Below are positions 56,511 to 64,000 of a stretch of 64,000 nt of DNA, one piece after another (position 1 is the stretch's first letter; each line of letters opens with the position of its first letter). The translations under genes and the position numbers were made by a program. The stretch covers positions 29,346 to 93,345 of the forward strand of contig JAJSAI010000019.1 of NCBI GenBank assembly GCA_024274695.1. Direction: 5' to 3'. Source of the DNA: an archaeon. Lineage in GTDB: Archaea; B1Sed10-29; JAJSAI01. A model generated the notes under the pieces. The model was not told the DNA's origin, ran no database searches, and saw only the letters and a list, made by a program, of their open reading frames with translations.

Positions 56511-56943
56511 AATCAGAACCGTGCTGTTGTTCGCTGCAGTGTTTTCAGCATCTTTTGCGCTATTCCACGCCCTGCCCCTTGACTGGCTTGAGCACGCGAC
56601 AGCACAAGGATCTGCCGCGGTCCTGCGGGCCGCGGGCATTGATTCTTCAGCTGACGGGAAGACTATCCTCCTGCAGGGCGAGCCGGCCGCTGTGATAATA
56701 CCCTCCTGCACGGGGGTAGACTCGCTCAGCATCCTGTTCGCTCTCGCGGCCGCAGATCCCCTGATGACAAGAAAAAGAAAGGCCGTGATGCTGTGCGCTG
56801 GAGTCCCCTTGCTGCTGTCGTTTAACTTTGTCAGGATAGCCCTCACGGTGATCAGCCCGGAATGGTTTCCCATGCACTTCCTGACCTGGATGGCCAGCGC
56901 GGGGCTGATCTTCGTCTTGTGGACGCTGTTTTCTAAGACTTAG
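56497..56943 (+). CDS. minimal archaeosortase/exosortase-family protein
   Basis: Catalytic triad pattern CTG...NFVRI...H; multi-TM; 148 aa. Confidence 0.8.
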   Translation: MFRGKIRTVLLFAAVFSASFALFHALPLDWLEHATAQGSAAVLRAAGIDSSADGKTILLQGEPAAVIIPSCTGVDSLSILFALAAADPLMTRKRKAVMLCAGVPLLLSFNFVRIALTVISPEWFPMHFLTWMASAGLIFVLWTLFSKT

Positions 56944-57130
56944 GCTTGGCCTCTTTTATTTCCTTCTTAAGCTTTTCTACGGTCACGTCCTCTTCTATTC
57001 CCTCGAGCATTTCCTCTATCTCGTCCTCGTTCATGTCAAGAGCGCTCTTCGTGGCAAGCTTGTCCTCCAGCGCGGCTTCTCCCAGCAGAGGGGATCCAGG
57101 GTGTTTGAACAACGTTTTCTTCTCAGTCAT
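56933..57130 (-). CDS. small acidic hypothetical protein
   Basis: Leaderless ATG 23 nt from a shared TATA; typical codon usage. Confidence 0.6.
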   Translation of the reverse strand: MTEKKTLFKHPGSPLLGEAALEDKLATKSALDMNEDEIEEMLEGIEEDVTVEKLKKEIKEAKPKS

Positions 57131-57184
57131 GAAGATAAGTAAGGTGGTAAGGTAATAAATACTTTATCTGAGAGAATATTTCAC

Positions 57185-58210
57185 ATGAGCCTGCTGATGC
57201 AGGGAGAAACCCTGTTCTCGTTCATAGACTCTCTTGATCCTGACTTTGTCCCAAGGGTTCTCCCTCACAGGGAGGGCCAGCAGGAGGCCATAGCAGACTG
57301 CATAAGGCCCCTGATAAACGGTTACAGGGGAAGGCATGTTCTGGTTACCGGGAAGGCGGGCATAGGAAAAACCGCGACAGTGCAAAGGATGCTCGCAGAC
57401 CTTAGAGAAGAGTCCGCGGTGGCCAGCGTTTTCGTGAACTGCTGGAAGAAGAACTCCAGTTTCAGGATACTGTCTGAAGCATGCCACCAGTTAGGGTACC
57501 AGTTCACTCACAATCTTGGGACGGATGAGGTGCTGTACAAGATAAAAAAACTGGTTGGAGACAAGGGGATCGTGTTCGCCCTTGACGAGGTTGACAAGGC
57601 CCAGGACGATGACTTCCTGTACTACCTGGCAGAGGAGATCCCCCGGCTCGTGCTCGTGATGATCACCAACGACCGAACCTGGTTCTCAAGAGTGGACCAG
57701 AGGATCAGGTCCAGAATAATCCCTGAAGAGATAGAGTTCCCTCCGTACTCGCTGGAGGAGATGAGGGACATTCTTGCTCTCAGGAGGGATTACGCGTTCT
57801 ACGATGGCACCTGGTCAGAAGACGCGTTCGAGATGGTTGTTAAGAAAGCGCACGCCGCCAAGGACGTTCGGCTTGGCATCCTCCTGCTCAGGGAGAGCGG
57901 TCTTGAGGCAGAAAAAGACGCGAGCAGGAAAGTGCTGCCAGAGCACGTGACCAGGGCCTCCGGCAGGCTACTGGCCCACGCTGAAGCGGGATTGGACGAG
58001 GACGAAAAGCTCATACTCCAGGCAGTGAAAGAACTGGGTCAGGAGGTTTCTGGAAAAGTTTACGAGAAGTACGTTGCCCTCGGGGGGAGGAAGAGCCACA
58101 GGACCTTCGAGAGGAAAGTGAACTCCCTGGAAGAAAAAGGACTTCTTAAGACAAAGAAAACAGGCAAGGGGTTCAGGGGACAGTCCACCGTGATATCCCT
58201 TTCAGGATAA
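57185..58210 (+). CDS. cdc6: second, divergent Orc1/Cdc6 paralogue
   Basis: LPHRE, GKAGIGKT, VNCW, LDEVD, FPPYS.EE..DIL, DVR and short winged helix. Confidence 0.9.
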   Translation: MSLLMQGETLFSFIDSLDPDFVPRVLPHREGQQEAIADCIRPLINGYRGRHVLVTGKAGIGKTATVQRMLADLREESAVASVFVNCWKKNSSFRILSEACHQLGYQFTHNLGTDEVLYKIKKLVGDKGIVFALDEVDKAQDDDFLYYLAEEIPRLVLVMITNDRTWFSRVDQRIRSRIIPEEIEFPPYSLEEMRDILALRRDYAFYDGTWSEDAFEMVVKKAHAAKDVRLGILLLRESGLEAEKDASRKVLPEHVTRASGRLLAHAEAGLDEDEKLILQAVKELGQEVSGKVYEKYVALGGRKSHRTFERKVNSLEEKGLLKTKKTGKGFRGQSTVISLSG

Positions 58211-58224
58211 CCCCATTTTTTGGG

Positions 58225-59178
58225 CTACCACCTAACCTCTACGGCGTCAGTCCTCCACCTTGGCCTTATGTCCGCGGCTGCCTCTGCTCCTGACTCATGA
58301 ACCAGTTTGGTGAGCCAGGCTATCATCGCCCCGTTATCCCCACAGTACTGTGCCTCCGGCACGCTGAAAACAGCACCGTGCTCTTCAGCCATACCCCTTA
58401 TTATCTCGGCCAGCCTCTTGTTCGCGGCGACTCCTCCTGTCAGTAGCACCTCCGTTTTCTGAGTGTGGGCCAGAGCCCTTTCAGCAACTTCTGCGAGCAT
58501 TGCGAAGCACGTCTCCTGAAAGGAAAAAGCAATGTCCTCCTTGCTGGCTTCTGCTTTTTTGGCGGCTGTCAGTATTCCTGAGAACGCGAGGTCCATGCCC
58601 TTCACAGTATAAGGGAGAGGGTAATACCTTTTGCCTTGTCTGGCCAGGGCCTCGATTTTAGGCCCTCCTGGCATGCTGAGACCGAGGTGTCTGGCGAGCT
58701 TGTCTATCGCATTACCCAGCCCGATGTCCAGGGTTTCTCCGAAAACCCTGTACCTTCCCTTGCTCAACGCGATTATTTGGGTGTTCCCTCCTGAAACGTA
58801 CACGGTCAGCGGGTCCCTGAACCCGGAAGCTTTCTTTCCTATCTCTATGTGGGCTATGCAGTGGTTGACCCCCAGGACTGGTCTGCGGCCCGCGATCTCT
58901 TCAGCGATTTTTTTTCCTTGCACGAGGCAGGGCGGGAGCCCTGGCCCTGCAGCGTATCCTATGACATCAACATCTTCTTCCGTCAGCCCCGCGGCCTCCA
59001 GGGCCCTGTTTACTATATCTCTGCCAACTTTCCTGTGGTGCTCTGCTGCTTCCGCTGGGACTATTCCTCCCTCCGGCGGCTTGTAGGAGTCCTTCTCGTT
59101 AGCTATTATTTTTTCCCCGTCCACTATCCCCGCTCCGAGGGTGTGGGCAGTGGACTCTATTCCAAGGTATATCATCAT
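58225..59178 (-). CDS. kae1: KEOPS tRNA N6-threonylcarbamoyltransferase Kae1
   Basis: GIESTAHT, VNHCIAHIEIG, VSGGNTQ, GETLDIG and DNGAMIA. Confidence 0.96.
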   Translation of the reverse strand: MMIYLGIESTAHTLGAGIVDGEKIIANEKDSYKPPEGGIVPAEAAEHHRKVGRDIVNRALEAAGLTEEDVDVIGYAAGPGLPPCLVQGKKIAEEIAGRRPVLGVNHCIAHIEIGKKASGFRDPLTVYVSGGNTQIIALSKGRYRVFGETLDIGLGNAIDKLARHLGLSMPGGPKIEALARQGKRYYPLPYTVKGMDLAFSGILTAAKKAEASKEDIAFSFQETCFAMLAEVAERALAHTQKTEVLLTGGVAANKRLAEIIRGMAEEHGAVFSVPEAQYCGDNGAMIAWLTKLVHESGAEAAADIRPRWRTDAVEVRW

Positions 59179-59690
59179 GATGGCGCGAGACTCAGCCCGA
59201 CCACTATAAAGTTGTACAAGTAGTGCGCAAGGGTTGGCACGTACAGGTTCTTGCTCTTATTGAAAGCAATCCCGAGCAGTGCTCCTAAGACGAAGGCGCC
59301 CACGAGCTCTGAGAGTGAACCGTACACTATGTGGAAGTAGGAGAAAGCCGCGGATGCGACCAGGAGGTTTGTTCGTTTTTGCAGGTATCCTCTGAAGAAG
59401 ATTTCTTCAACCACGGGAGCGATAACAAGGATGGTCAGCAGTTGTTCTACGGGGGTCGCTTGCGCTGCCTCTTTCACTTTTTCAGCGTCTTCAGCCATCC
59501 CTATGGCGTGAAAGAAGAGGGTTATCGTGAAGCTCGTCACGAGCATCAGGAGCAGGAGGCCGAGTGCGAAGAGAGTATCCTCTTTAAGCCTTGTTTTCCT
59601 GAACCCGGCCTTCTTGAGGAAGTTCCTGCTGCCGATGCTATAGTACGCTAGTAGTAGGAGTATCGCGTACAGTAGCAGGTTCGCCCACAT
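59175..59690 (-). CDS. CPBP (Abi/CAAX type II) intramembrane metalloprotease
   Basis: EEIFFRG, FSYFH and HYLYN. Confidence 0.9.
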   Translation of the reverse strand: MWANLLLYAILLLLAYYSIGSRNFLKKAGFRKTRLKEDTLFALGLLLLMLVTSFTITLFFHAIGMAEDAEKVKEAAQATPVEQLLTILVIAPVVEEIFFRGYLQKRTNLLVASAAFSYFHIVYGSLSELVGAFVLGALLGIAFNKSKNLYVPTLAHYLYNFIVVGLSLAPS

Positions 59691-59843
59691 TTACTTTTTC
59701 CACCTTGTGTACCCGCATTTTCCGCAGTGGTACCTGTCCTTGTGCTCTGCCAGGAAGACTCCCTGCCCGCACTTGGGGCATGACAGCTTCTTTCTCTCCA
59801 GTTTTCCTCCGGACACGTTATAAGCTTCACTCTTTAGCTTCAT
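59691..59843 (-). CDS. rps27ae: 30S ribosomal protein eS31 (S27ae)
   Basis: Own translation: [50 protein letters not shown] (50 aa, below the ORF-track cutoff). Confidence 0.95.
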   Translation of the reverse strand: MKLKSEAYNVSGGKLERKKLSCPKCGQGVFLAEHKDRYHCGKCGYTRWKK

Positions 59844-60108
59844 TCTCTTTTCCCTCCTCTTCTTTTATGGGCTCGTACTTCATCCTGGATTCAAGGTCCT
59901 CGTAGACGTTCACTTCTATTATCGCCTTAGCGGACCCGTAAACTGGGCTTATCTTTTTCACTGAGATCAGTTTCTTGTCCTTTCCTGTGAGCGCGGCTAT
60001 CTTCTCCAGGACTTCAGACCGCTTCGGTGTGGGGCCTTCGGCCTCGTAGAACACCTTCTTGCGGTTAAGGAGCTTGTTTTCTTCCTCTCTAAGCAGTTTC
60101 AGGTCCAT
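59827..60108 (-). CDS. rps24e: 30S ribosomal protein eS24
   Basis: ENKLLNRK...PTPKRSEV...YEP; conserved context. Confidence 0.93.
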   Translation of the reverse strand: MDLKLLREEENKLLNRKKVFYEAEGPTPKRSEVLEKIAALTGKDKKLISVKKISPVYGSAKAIIEVNVYEDLESRMKYEPIKEEEGKENEAKE

Positions 60109-60121
60109 TCCTATCACCCCT

Positions 60122-60316
60122 TCATTTTCCGATTCTTATCGCGTATTTTCCAGGAGCGCTTATCCCAAGCTTCTGGGCTAGTCTTGATTTTTCAGGGTTT
60201 ATGACTATCATGAATCCCTTCCAGTGAGGCGTTAGTTCAGAGTCCTTGCACACAGGGCAGATGTTGCCCTCAATGATCCTCCTGCAGTTCTTGCATGCCT
60301 TGAGCTTCTCAACCAT
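60122..60316 (-). CDS. spt4: transcription elongation factor Spt4 (RpoE'')
   Basis: KACKNC...CPVC...W.G....NPEKS.LA..LGI..PGKYAI. Confidence 0.95.
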   Translation of the reverse strand: MVEKLKACKNCRRIIEGNICPVCKDSELTPHWKGFMIVINPEKSRLAQKLGISAPGKYAIRIGK

Positions 60317-60321
60317 GGTCC

Positions 60322-60876
60322 TCACTTCTTAGCCTTTTTCTTTTGTTTTTTCCACCATTCTGTCTTGCCGAGCCCCGGTTGCCTCATGGTCAGGTTTATC
60401 TTGGTCTCCGTGACGTTGTCCCTGTAGGATATGGATGTTATCTTGGCGTACACGGTGTCCTCTTTTTTCAGGGTCCTTTTGGTCTGTTTTCCCGTAAGGC
60501 TCCCTGTTTTCTCGTTTATTGAAACGAAGTCGTCTGTAACCTGGCTCGCGTGAACAAGCCCGTCGAACGGGCCGAACCTGACGAATGCTCCGAACTCCGC
60601 GATGTCCACCACGATGCCTCTTACCACCTCATGGTTCCTGGGCTCGAACATGAGAGCGTCAAAGGTCACCTCGTGATACGCTGCACCGTCTCCGGGTATT
60701 ATTCTCCCTTCGCTGATGTCCCGTGCGTTTGTAATGCTTATGACCACGCCCATTTCAGGGTCTATCTTGCCCTCGTAGTTTTCTCTGAGTATCCCTGTGA
60801 CTGCCTTTTCAAGGTCCTCTGAGAACATGCTTGGAGGGACCCTGACAACATCCCTTATCGTGACAAGCTTGTACAC
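60322..60876 (-). CDS. rpoE1: RNA polymerase subunit Rpo7 (RpoE')
   Basis: DVVRVPP, GDGAAY, FGAFVRFGP.DGLVH.SQ and TMRQPGLGK.EW. Confidence 0.96.
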   Translation of the reverse strand: MYKLVTIRDVVRVPPSMFSEDLEKAVTGILRENYEGKIDPEMGVVISITNARDISEGRIIPGDGAAYHEVTFDALMFEPRNHEVVRGIVVDIAEFGAFVRFGPFDGLVHASQVTDDFVSINEKTGSLTGKQTKRTLKKEDTVYAKITSISYRDNVTETKINLTMRQPGLGKTEWWKKQKKKAKK

Positions 60877-60883
60877 CCTATTT

Positions 60884-61408
60884 TCACCCCTCGTACCTTT
60901 TTATGGCGTCCATTATTATTTCTTCAGCCTTCTTTTTATTACCCCATCCTCTGGTTTTAACCCATTTTCCTGTTTCCAGCTTCTTGTAGTCCTGCATGAA
61001 GAACTCTATTTCTTCGAGCTCGTGCTGTGACAGGTCCGTGTACTCTTTCACGTCAGCGTACCTCGGTTCGATATCAGCGCAGGGAACTGCCAGTATCTTT
61101 TCATCAATTCCTTTTTCGTCCTCCATTTCCAGCACTCCTATTGGTCTGGCCTTGACAACGCATCCTGGGAAAGTGCTCCTGCTCATCAGGAGTATGACGT
61201 CAAGAGAGTCCCCGTCCTTTGATCTTGTCCTGGGGATGAACCCGTACTCGAACTCGTACACTACTGGAGTGTGAAGGGTTCTGTCGAGCCTGAAGTACCC
61301 TCTCTCGTCGTACTCGTACTTGTTCCTTTCCCCCTGCGGTATTTCCACCACAACGTTTATTCTTTCAGGAGGTTTTTCTCCTGGTTCCAGGTCCTTGTAC
61401 AAGTTCAT
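60884..61408 (-). CDS. ppa: inorganic pyrophosphatase (family I)
   Basis: VEIP, KYEYD, YGFIPRT, DGDSLD and M.DE.G.D.K. Confidence 0.95.
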   Translation of the reverse strand: MNLYKDLEPGEKPPERINVVVEIPQGERNKYEYDERGYFRLDRTLHTPVVYEFEYGFIPRTRSKDGDSLDVILLMSRSTFPGCVVKARPIGVLEMEDEKGIDEKILAVPCADIEPRYADVKEYTDLSQHELEEIEFFMQDYKKLETGKWVKTRGWGNKKKAEEIIMDAIKRYEG

Positions 61409-61755
61409 CAGACCACCAGTTCAATCCTGTTCTTCCCTCTTATGAATATGACCGGCACACCCTCTTCAAGGCATCTTTTCTTGAGCTCTGCGTCATTGGT
61501 CGCCACTATCCCTTTTTCCCTTTCAGCGGCTTCCAGCAGCGCATCGTCCGCAAAGCCTTCCGCGCCCACTGTTCCCACGCTTTCCCTGTCGAGCAGTTGA
61601 AGGCCTGCTTTTCCTCCCGGGAGCCTGGCAAGCTCTTTTTTTACTTGCGGTACCGTCGCGAGCTTTTTCCCAGGGAATTTCGTCCTGAGTTCGTGGAACA
61701 CGTCAACGCCCAGGTTGAATGGTGCTAGGATGAAGTTCGTGTCCAGCAGGATCAT
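61408..61755 (-). CDS. PIN-domain protein (Fcf1/Utp24-like)
   Basis: LLDTNF...ADD.LL...VATND.EL; conserved position after aIF2-gamma. Confidence 0.9.
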   Translation of the reverse strand: MILLDTNFILAPFNLGVDVFHELRTKFPGKKLATVPQVKKELARLPGGKAGLQLLDRESVGTVGAEGFADDALLEAAEREKGIVATNDAELKKRCLEEGVPVIFIRGKNRIELVV

Positions 61756-62942
61756 TTTACGATCCCGTACCCAATCAGGCTCCACCGTCCTCCCACCTTC
61801 CTGGAGATTGCTACCTTGTCACCGTCGCTGACGCACAGGGGTCTCCTGAGCTTTAGCTCGCACTTGTCACCAGACGCTTTCGTGACCTGCCCAAGGGAGG
61901 TCATGGTCATAGCGTTCAGCACGAGCATCTCTCCCTGTTTTATTTTTTCAGGAAGCCCTCCTATTGCCCTGTCAATAAGCACATAGTCCAGGCTTATCTC
62001 GTACCTGATGGGAGGCAGTTCTCCGGGACGTGTTATGACGTTCCCAGTCATCCTGTCGCTCTTGGTCAGGGCAGGGTCAAGCTCGGTCTGCAGGGCCACT
62101 AGCCCCCCAGGGCCCGCTTCCTTCAGGGGACCGTCTGACACGGATATTGACCTGACCTTTGTTCTGAGGGGAGTGTACACCCCCTTGTGCTCCACCCCAG
62201 GGGCAATCTCAATTTCTTCTCCTTCTTTTATCCTCCCCTGGAGTATTGATCCTCCCACTACCCCTCCTTTAAGGTCCTTTATGCTGGTCCCGGGCTTGTT
62301 TATGTCAAAGGATCTTGCCACGACCATCTTGAATGGCTTGTTAGGATCCCTTTTAGGCGTGGGTATTGTTTCTTCTATGGCCTGCACCAGCTTGTCAACG
62401 TTCACCCCGTGGTTTGCGGCCATGGGGATTATTGGCGCTCCTTCAGCATTAGTTCCCTTAACGAAGTCAAGTATCTGCTGGTAGTGTTTTTTGGCCTGCT
62501 CTGGGGTGACCAGGTCCACCTTGTTCTGGACTATCACTATGTTCTTGACCCCGTTTATCTCAAGCGCGGCGAGGTGTTCCTGTGTTTGCGGTTGAGGGCA
62601 GGGCTCGTTGGCTGCTATCACGAGAAGAGCCCCATCCACCAGGCTCACCCCGCTTATCATTACTGTCATGAGTGCCTCGTGCCCGGGAGAGTCCACGAAC
62701 GAGACCCTCCTGAGGAACTCTGGGTTCTCACACTCGTCAGGGTTGACAGTGTACTTGTCCCCGCACTTGTAGAAGTCAGCGTCAGCGTACCCTAATCGTA
62801 TCGTGATACCTCTCTTTATCTCTTCACTGTGCCGGTCTACCCATTCTCCCGTCAGGGCCTTGACTATGGTTGTTTTCCCGTGGTCCACGTGGCCCGCTGT
62901 TCCTATGTTCACTTCAGCTTGAACTACCTTCTTCCGCTTCAT
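61752..62942 (-). CDS. eif2g: translation initiation factor aIF2 gamma
   Basis: GHVDHGKTT, RGITIRLGY, DSPGHE, PQPQT.EH and RSFDINKPG. Confidence 0.97.
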   Translation of the reverse strand: MKRKKVVQAEVNIGTAGHVDHGKTTIVKALTGEWVDRHSEEIKRGITIRLGYADADFYKCGDKYTVNPDECENPEFLRRVSFVDSPGHEALMTVMISGVSLVDGALLVIAANEPCPQPQTQEHLAALEINGVKNIVIVQNKVDLVTPEQAKKHYQQILDFVKGTNAEGAPIIPMAANHGVNVDKLVQAIEETIPTPKRDPNKPFKMVVARSFDINKPGTSIKDLKGGVVGGSILQGRIKEGEEIEIAPGVEHKGVYTPLRTKVRSISVSDGPLKEAGPGGLVALQTELDPALTKSDRMTGNVITRPGELPPIRYEISLDYVLIDRAIGGLPEKIKQGEMLVLNAMTMTSLGQVTKASGDKCELKLRRPLCVSDGDKVAISRKVGGRWSLIGYGIVK

Positions 62943-63321
62943 TTTCCTTCTTCCCCATCAAGTTTTCTATGTCAACGTCTCCGTGTTTTACTATCTTGAG
63001 GTTAAGCTGCGCTATGTCCTCTGCGACCGTGTTCCCTCTTACTGTTTTCCTTCTCCTGTACCCTTTCTCAGGAACCTTGCGTATGCCTACTGACCTTCCT
63101 GCCAGGATCTGTCTCCTCTCTGTCCCCGGGAGGTCAGGCCTCATGGGGAACCCGTCCTTGTCTGTTCCTCCTGTTATCTTGAGCTTGTATCCTGACAGTT
63201 GCAGGAGGCTTCCGTCTATGATGTCCCCTATCTTCTTGCCGTACAACACGGTCTCAACGTCTTCTGGTATTTCCTTCTGGTAGCTTTTTCCCGTTTTTGG
63301 GTTGTTTATGACAATCTTCAT
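62914..63321 (-). CDS. rps6e: 30S ribosomal protein eS6
   Basis: ITGGTDKDGFPMRPD and RRRKTVRGN. Confidence 0.96.
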   Translation of the reverse strand: MKIVINNPKTGKSYQKEIPEDVETVLYGKKIGDIIDGSLLQLSGYKLKITGGTDKDGFPMRPDLPGTERRQILAGRSVGIRKVPEKGYRRRKTVRGNTVAEDIAQLNLKIVKHGDVDIENLMGKKENEAEEGSSS

Positions 63322-63326
63322 GTTTT

Positions 63327-64000
63327 TCACCCTCTGATGCGCATGATCTCTTTAAGCAGTCCTTTTTCAGGAACCTTGTCCATCATCTCGTAAGCCTGAT
63401 CCTCTGGCACGGCTGTGTAGAGTACGTCCCTCTCGTTTATCTGCCTTCCAACCGTGCAGTCCTCAATGGAGATGGCTACTTTCTCTCCTTTCTTGGCGTA
63501 CTCCCTGTTTTTTCCTTCCTCTTGGATGCTTTTAACCCTTCCGATGACCTTGCCGTCGGTCCTCATGAGCGGGACGTCCGGCCTGAGCATACCTTCCAGC
63601 ACTTCTACTCCCACGACCGCGGGCTTGCTCTTTCTGAACACGCACCCTTCAAGTATCTTTATCTTGGCCGGGTAAACGTATTTCTTGAGTTTTTCCAGTT
63701 CTTTTTCTTTTTTCTTTTCCTGCCTCCACTTCAGGTAGTCTTCCTCGAGCTGGTATATCACGCTTGACTCGAATATCTTTATGTCCCTCTTTCTCGCCTC
63801 TTCTTTTATCATTTCTGGCACTGGCTGGTTGAAAGAGAATATGACCCTGTACTCCCAGTCTTCTCCTCTCATGCTGTCTGCCTCGGTAAGGTCAACCTTG
63901 TTGACAGTGCCGACCTCTGCTTTTCTGACGGTGATCCCGTGTTTTGAGAACAGGTTGCATATCGCCTCCAGAGAACCGAGAGTGTCTGCCTTTACTATGA
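63327..64000 (-). CDS. infB: translation initiation factor aIF5B (IF-2), C-terminal part; runs off window end
   Basis: VKADTLGSLEA, VIYQL and VFRKSKPAVVGVEV. Confidence 0.95.
   Translation of the reverse strand, partial: IVKADTLGSLEAICNLFSKHGITVRKAEVGTVNKVDLTEADSMRGEDWEYRVIFSFNQPVPEMIKEEARKRDIKIFESSVIYQLEEDYLKWRQEKKKEKELEKLKKYVYPAKIKILEGCVFRKSKPAVVGVEVLEGMLRPDVPLMRTDGKVIGRVKSIQEEGKNREYAKKGEKVAISIEDCTVGRQINERDVLYTAVPEDQAYEMMDKVPEKGLLKEIMRIRG

Noticed and set aside
59648-59830. 60-aa ORF from the track
   Set aside because: Wrong frame; the real gene is eS31 at 59691..59843.
1-64000. Global reassignment of TAA/TAG (or pyrrolysine/selenocysteine coding)
   Set aside because: Conserved genes end at their expected positions with TAA, TAG and TGA. 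No pyl or sel genes or suppressor tRNA are present in the window.
1-64000. tRNA, rRNA, CRISPR array, IS element or provirus
   Set aside because: No cloverleaf with T-loop, no periodic repeats, and no transposase or integrase motifs were found. Spacers are too short.

Overview
A gene-dense archaeal core-genome segment of about 75 CDS. No tRNA, rRNA, CRISPR array, transposase or provirus is recognisable. The K/E-rich proteins, compact spacers, many leaderless genes, split Rqc2 and gene order suggest a thermophilic DPANN-type archaeon such as Diapherotrites or Micrarchaeota; this is inference, not a database result. Information processing genes include PolD (DP1 and DP2), two Orc1/Cdc6, Hel308, NucS, aCPSF1, RpoE', Spt4, aIF2-gamma, aIF5B, five r-proteins, AsnRS, TyrRS, Kae1, Bud32, TgtA, Taw1 and TrmI. 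Archaeal lipid genes include HMG-CoA synthase, thiolase, DUF35, ferredoxin-GGR and DUF92-CarS. Also present are SecDF, SepF, a PRC-barrel protein and ThyX-GlyA. The most notable items are: (1) a stripped-down group-4 membrane [NiFe]-hydrogenase operon whose only antiporter-like subunit is a half-size protein; (2) an intergenic box C/D guide RNA whose 12-nt guide matches 23S helix 69 (predicted Cm1920); (3) in-frame TAG and TAA codons at Glu-type positions in the essential PolD large subunit and in DUF92, plus two 1-nt frameshifts, where sequence error is the leading explanation and recoding is not excluded; (4) a rhomboid protease with a glycosylation-sequon-rich coiled coil inserted between its catalytic Ser and His; (5) five divergent leaderless gene pairs that each share one central TATA box; (6) a structured uS15 leader; and (7) a DUF92-carS-archaeosortase cluster.
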